NCBI GenBank assembly: GCA_950097015.1
Contig: CATNEN010000041.1
Coordinates: 2,914,001-2,978,000, forward strand
Source of the DNA: Macrostomum hystrix
Taxonomy: Eukaryota; Animalia; Platyhelminthes
Direction of reading: 5' to 3'
Length of the DNA stretch: 64,000 nucleotides
Shown here: positions 61,502 to 64,000 of the stretch, piece after piece
Layout: each line of letters starts with the position of its first letter
Position numbering within the stretch: position 1 is the stretch's first letter
The notes under the pieces: generated by a model
Told to the model about the DNA's origin: nothing
The model's database searches: none
What the model saw: only the letters and a program-made list of their open reading frames with translations
Made by a program: the position numbers and the translations under genes

Positions 61502-62328
61502 CTAGTCTGAGCCGCTGGCCGAGTCCGCAGCTTGCTTCGGCGAGCCGTCCTCGCTGTCTTCCTCGCAGCTGTCCGCGGCGAACTCCGCACCTTCCTCGCT
61601 GAGGCTTCCGTCGACTTCTTCGGCGTCGTCGGAGTCGCTGCAGAGCAGTCGCAGTCGGCGGAGCTGCCTCTGTCGCCGCTGGCTGCTGAGGCTGATGGCA
61701 GCTCCGAGACGGAGCTGAGCCAGTCCGCAGGCGAGCTGGTGGAGGTTCCTGGCCAGCTGGCAGTCCGCGGCGCTGACCTCCAGCTGAGGATCAACCAAGG
61801 GGTGGGTAGATGTCAGCATAGCCAAACACTGAAAACTCACAAATGCACAGGCACACGGGTAGCTTGAAGGGAATTGGCAGTGGTTCCGGCTCATATGGAG
61901 CGCCGCTAGGTCGAACCGCAGGGTCACCCGAGGTCTCATGAGTCAGCAACAGCAGGTAAAGCACTTCGCAGTCAATGCTTGCTCAAGGTGTGGGAGGTGT
62001 AAGAAGGTGTAAGCCAGGCAGTGTGGTAGCATGTGAGTAGACTCAAGTACAGAGAAGTGCATCTGGGCTTCTCATCATCGTCATTGCTCTTCTATGCTGG
62101 AGAGAAGAAATTAAAAAGTTTTACTTGCTTTCATAAGTGAATGAAGAGCAAGCAAAACCAGAGTGTTCCAGGCGGTGGCTGCCATTGTTCTGCTAGCAAG
62201 CTCTGCACCGCTTCCTCCACTTTTGCTTTCACATCGCATCCAGCCAGCTTCTTCTCGCGTGCTCCTCTGGGGCGCGGCTGTGCAAAGCTTTGTAGAAACG
62301 GCTTTGCAGCAGACTCAGTAGGCAACAT
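61502..62328 (-). CDS. Unidentified small multi-exon gene with acidic C-terminus, divergent from SLC2A
   Basis: ATG at 62328 (MLPTESAAKPFLQSF...). Terminal exon 61783-61502 follows a good acceptor (gatcctcag|) and encodes LEVSAADCQLARNLHQLACGLAQLRL...SDSDDAEEVDGSLSEE. Middle exon(s) unresolved. Confidence 0.45.
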
Positions 62329-62364
62329 CCGAGACTGATTAATAAAACTACTGATTTATGCTGT

Positions 62365-62374
62365 GTGACGTCAC
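62365..62374. promoter_or_regulatory. Palindromic CRE (TGACGTCA) in the ~390-bp divergent spacer; GC boxes at ~62530-62556
   Basis: Perfect GTGACGTCAC palindrome. Confidence 0.5.
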
Positions 62375-62716
62375 GCGTGCTGCCAAGACTCAAGGCGAAC
62401 AGGCGCAGCAACACCGGAAGAACTGCTCGGAAGGAGAAATGAGGACAGGCAGAGAGACAGCTAAGACAGGAAGGTGGGAGGTAGAAGGGGTGTCCCGGGG
62501 CTGGCTGCAAACTGTGGGCGGGCGCGGAGGGGGTGGGGCGGGCGGTGGGGCGGCTGCAAGCGCACTTGGGGGGGGGCGAAGCAATAAAAGCTGAGACCGA
62601 GAGAGACATCTGAGTCAGAAGGCTGGGCAGGAGAAAAGACAGAGAAGAAACAGCAGCCTTCTGTCCTGGTCCTCAGTCTGCTGTCTTTTTTCCCGACTGC
62701 CCAGAACTCGCAGCTG

Positions 62717-63066
62717 ATGGAGAACGAGCTATCAGAGCAGAAGCTCCTTCCGGACTCCCAGGCGGCTCCGGCTACCGCGGGCGCCGCCGAAGTCAGCGAA
62801 GCTTCTGAGCATCGGGACCGAGTCACGTGCCGGCTGGCGCTCGCCGTGCTGGCCGCGTTCTGGGGCGCAGCGCACTTCGGCTGGAACACCGGGGTCATCA
62901 ACAACCCCAAGGCCGGCATCGTCGGCTTCCTCAACCAGTCGGTGGCTGACCGATTCGACAGGCAGCTCAGCGACTACCAGCTCGAGCTGCTCTGGTCCCT
63001 GGTGGTGTCCATCTTTGCCATCGGCGGCATGGCCGGTGCCCTGACTGGCGGCTGCCTTGCTGACAG
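62717..63066 (+). CDS. Facilitated glucose transporter (GLUT/SLC2A family), first coding exon; gene continues beyond
   Basis: TM1 then FGWNTGVINNP; LLWSLVVSIFAIGGMAGALTGGCLADR; donor ag|gtgagt. Confidence 0.9.
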
Positions 63067-63107
63067 GTGAGTCCGAATTGAGAGCCTCTGTTGAGTTCCA
63101 GTTGGTA

Positions 63108-63420
63108 TGAGTCCCTACTGAGTCCGGGTTGAGTCCCTACTGAGTCCATGTTGAGTCCCTACTGAGTCCGGGTTGAGTCCCTACTGAGTCCGGGTTGAGT
63201 CCCTACTGAGTCCGGGTTGAGTCCCTACTGAGTCCATGTTGAGTCCCTACTGAGTCCATGTTGAGTCCCTACTGAGTCCGGGTTGAGTCCCTACTGAGTC
63301 CGGGTTGAGTCCCTACTGAGTCCGGGTTGAGTCCCTACTGAGTCCATGTTGAGTCCCTACTGAGTCCACGTTGAGTCACTTCTGAGTCCGGGTTGAGTCC
63401 ACACTGAGTCCATGTTGAGA
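63108..63420. repeat. Intronic 22-bp minisatellite ctactgagtccgggttgagtcc
   Basis: Tandem copies. Confidence 0.93.
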
Positions 63421-64000
63421 GCCTCTACTGAGTAAGGATTGAGAGCCCCTACTAGGTTGAGAGCTGAAAGTGCGGGCAGATAGTTCCTACTGTGTCCAGG
63501 CTGTTTTGCAGCTGCTGCTGAGCACAGAAAACGGCCAATCTAAGGGCGAAAAAAATTAAATTTCAGTAAAAAAGACAGTAATTTTCTCATGAGACCATGC
63601 CAGACCTCTATTGTGCTCTGAATGTGCGCTCGGTTGCACACTTAAAGTACATCGGTGCGGGGAGGGACCGGCAAGTTCTCATTTCGAGCGTGCTATTTTT
63701 GGGAGCAGAGGGACGAGTGAAGGAGAGCAGATGAAGCAGCGGGGTGCTGGGGTTGTGAGTCCCCTCACTGAGCCAGAAATGAGTACGGCCGGCCAGCCAG
63801 ATAGCAGCCGCTACTCAGAATGGAGGCCGGTCAAAGTCTGGCCTGGGTTGTGGCGCGAGGCCCGCCACTCGGCCTACGCATGAAGAGATAGGCTGCAGCT
63901 GATTGAGTGTGCCGCTATCAGCCGGGTGTGACAGCACCGTGACTTGCTACAGTTGTGTCTGGCTCACTTGTTGACATTTGGCATACTAAATCTGGCCTGC

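Overview
Animal (eukaryotic) genomic DNA, not prokaryotic. GC3-rich, intron-poor conserved genes sit among introns and spacers that mostly each carry their own minisatellite. This style suggests a Macrostomum-like flatworm (inference only). Genes reconstructed from splice sites and motifs: aftiphilin-like (-), IFT88 (+), RABGGTB (-), SPCA/ATP2C1 (-), a tandem BTB-BACK-UBA-like gene (-), a secreted Gly/Tyr/Ser-repeat protein (+), an unidentified acidic-tailed gene (-) and the first exon of a GLUT/SLC2A transporter (+). The main feature is an 8.8-kb LTR element (42238-51044, -). It has apparently identical 696-bp LTRs, a 4-bp TSD and a tRNA-Glu PBS, and it is inserted inside a coding exon of the BTB gene. 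It encodes Gag and protease but has no room for RT, RNase H or integrase. In their place is an antisense 92-aa leucine-zipper/TM/Cys-cluster microprotein. Other observations: several minisatellites are tandem copies of host splice donors or of a stop-codon region; three genes have a splice acceptor exactly 5 nt before the ATG; there is a 529-bp MITE with an 8-bp TSD; and a GC-rich block at about 1.5-11 kb remains unexplained. All calls are by eye; no database searches were run.
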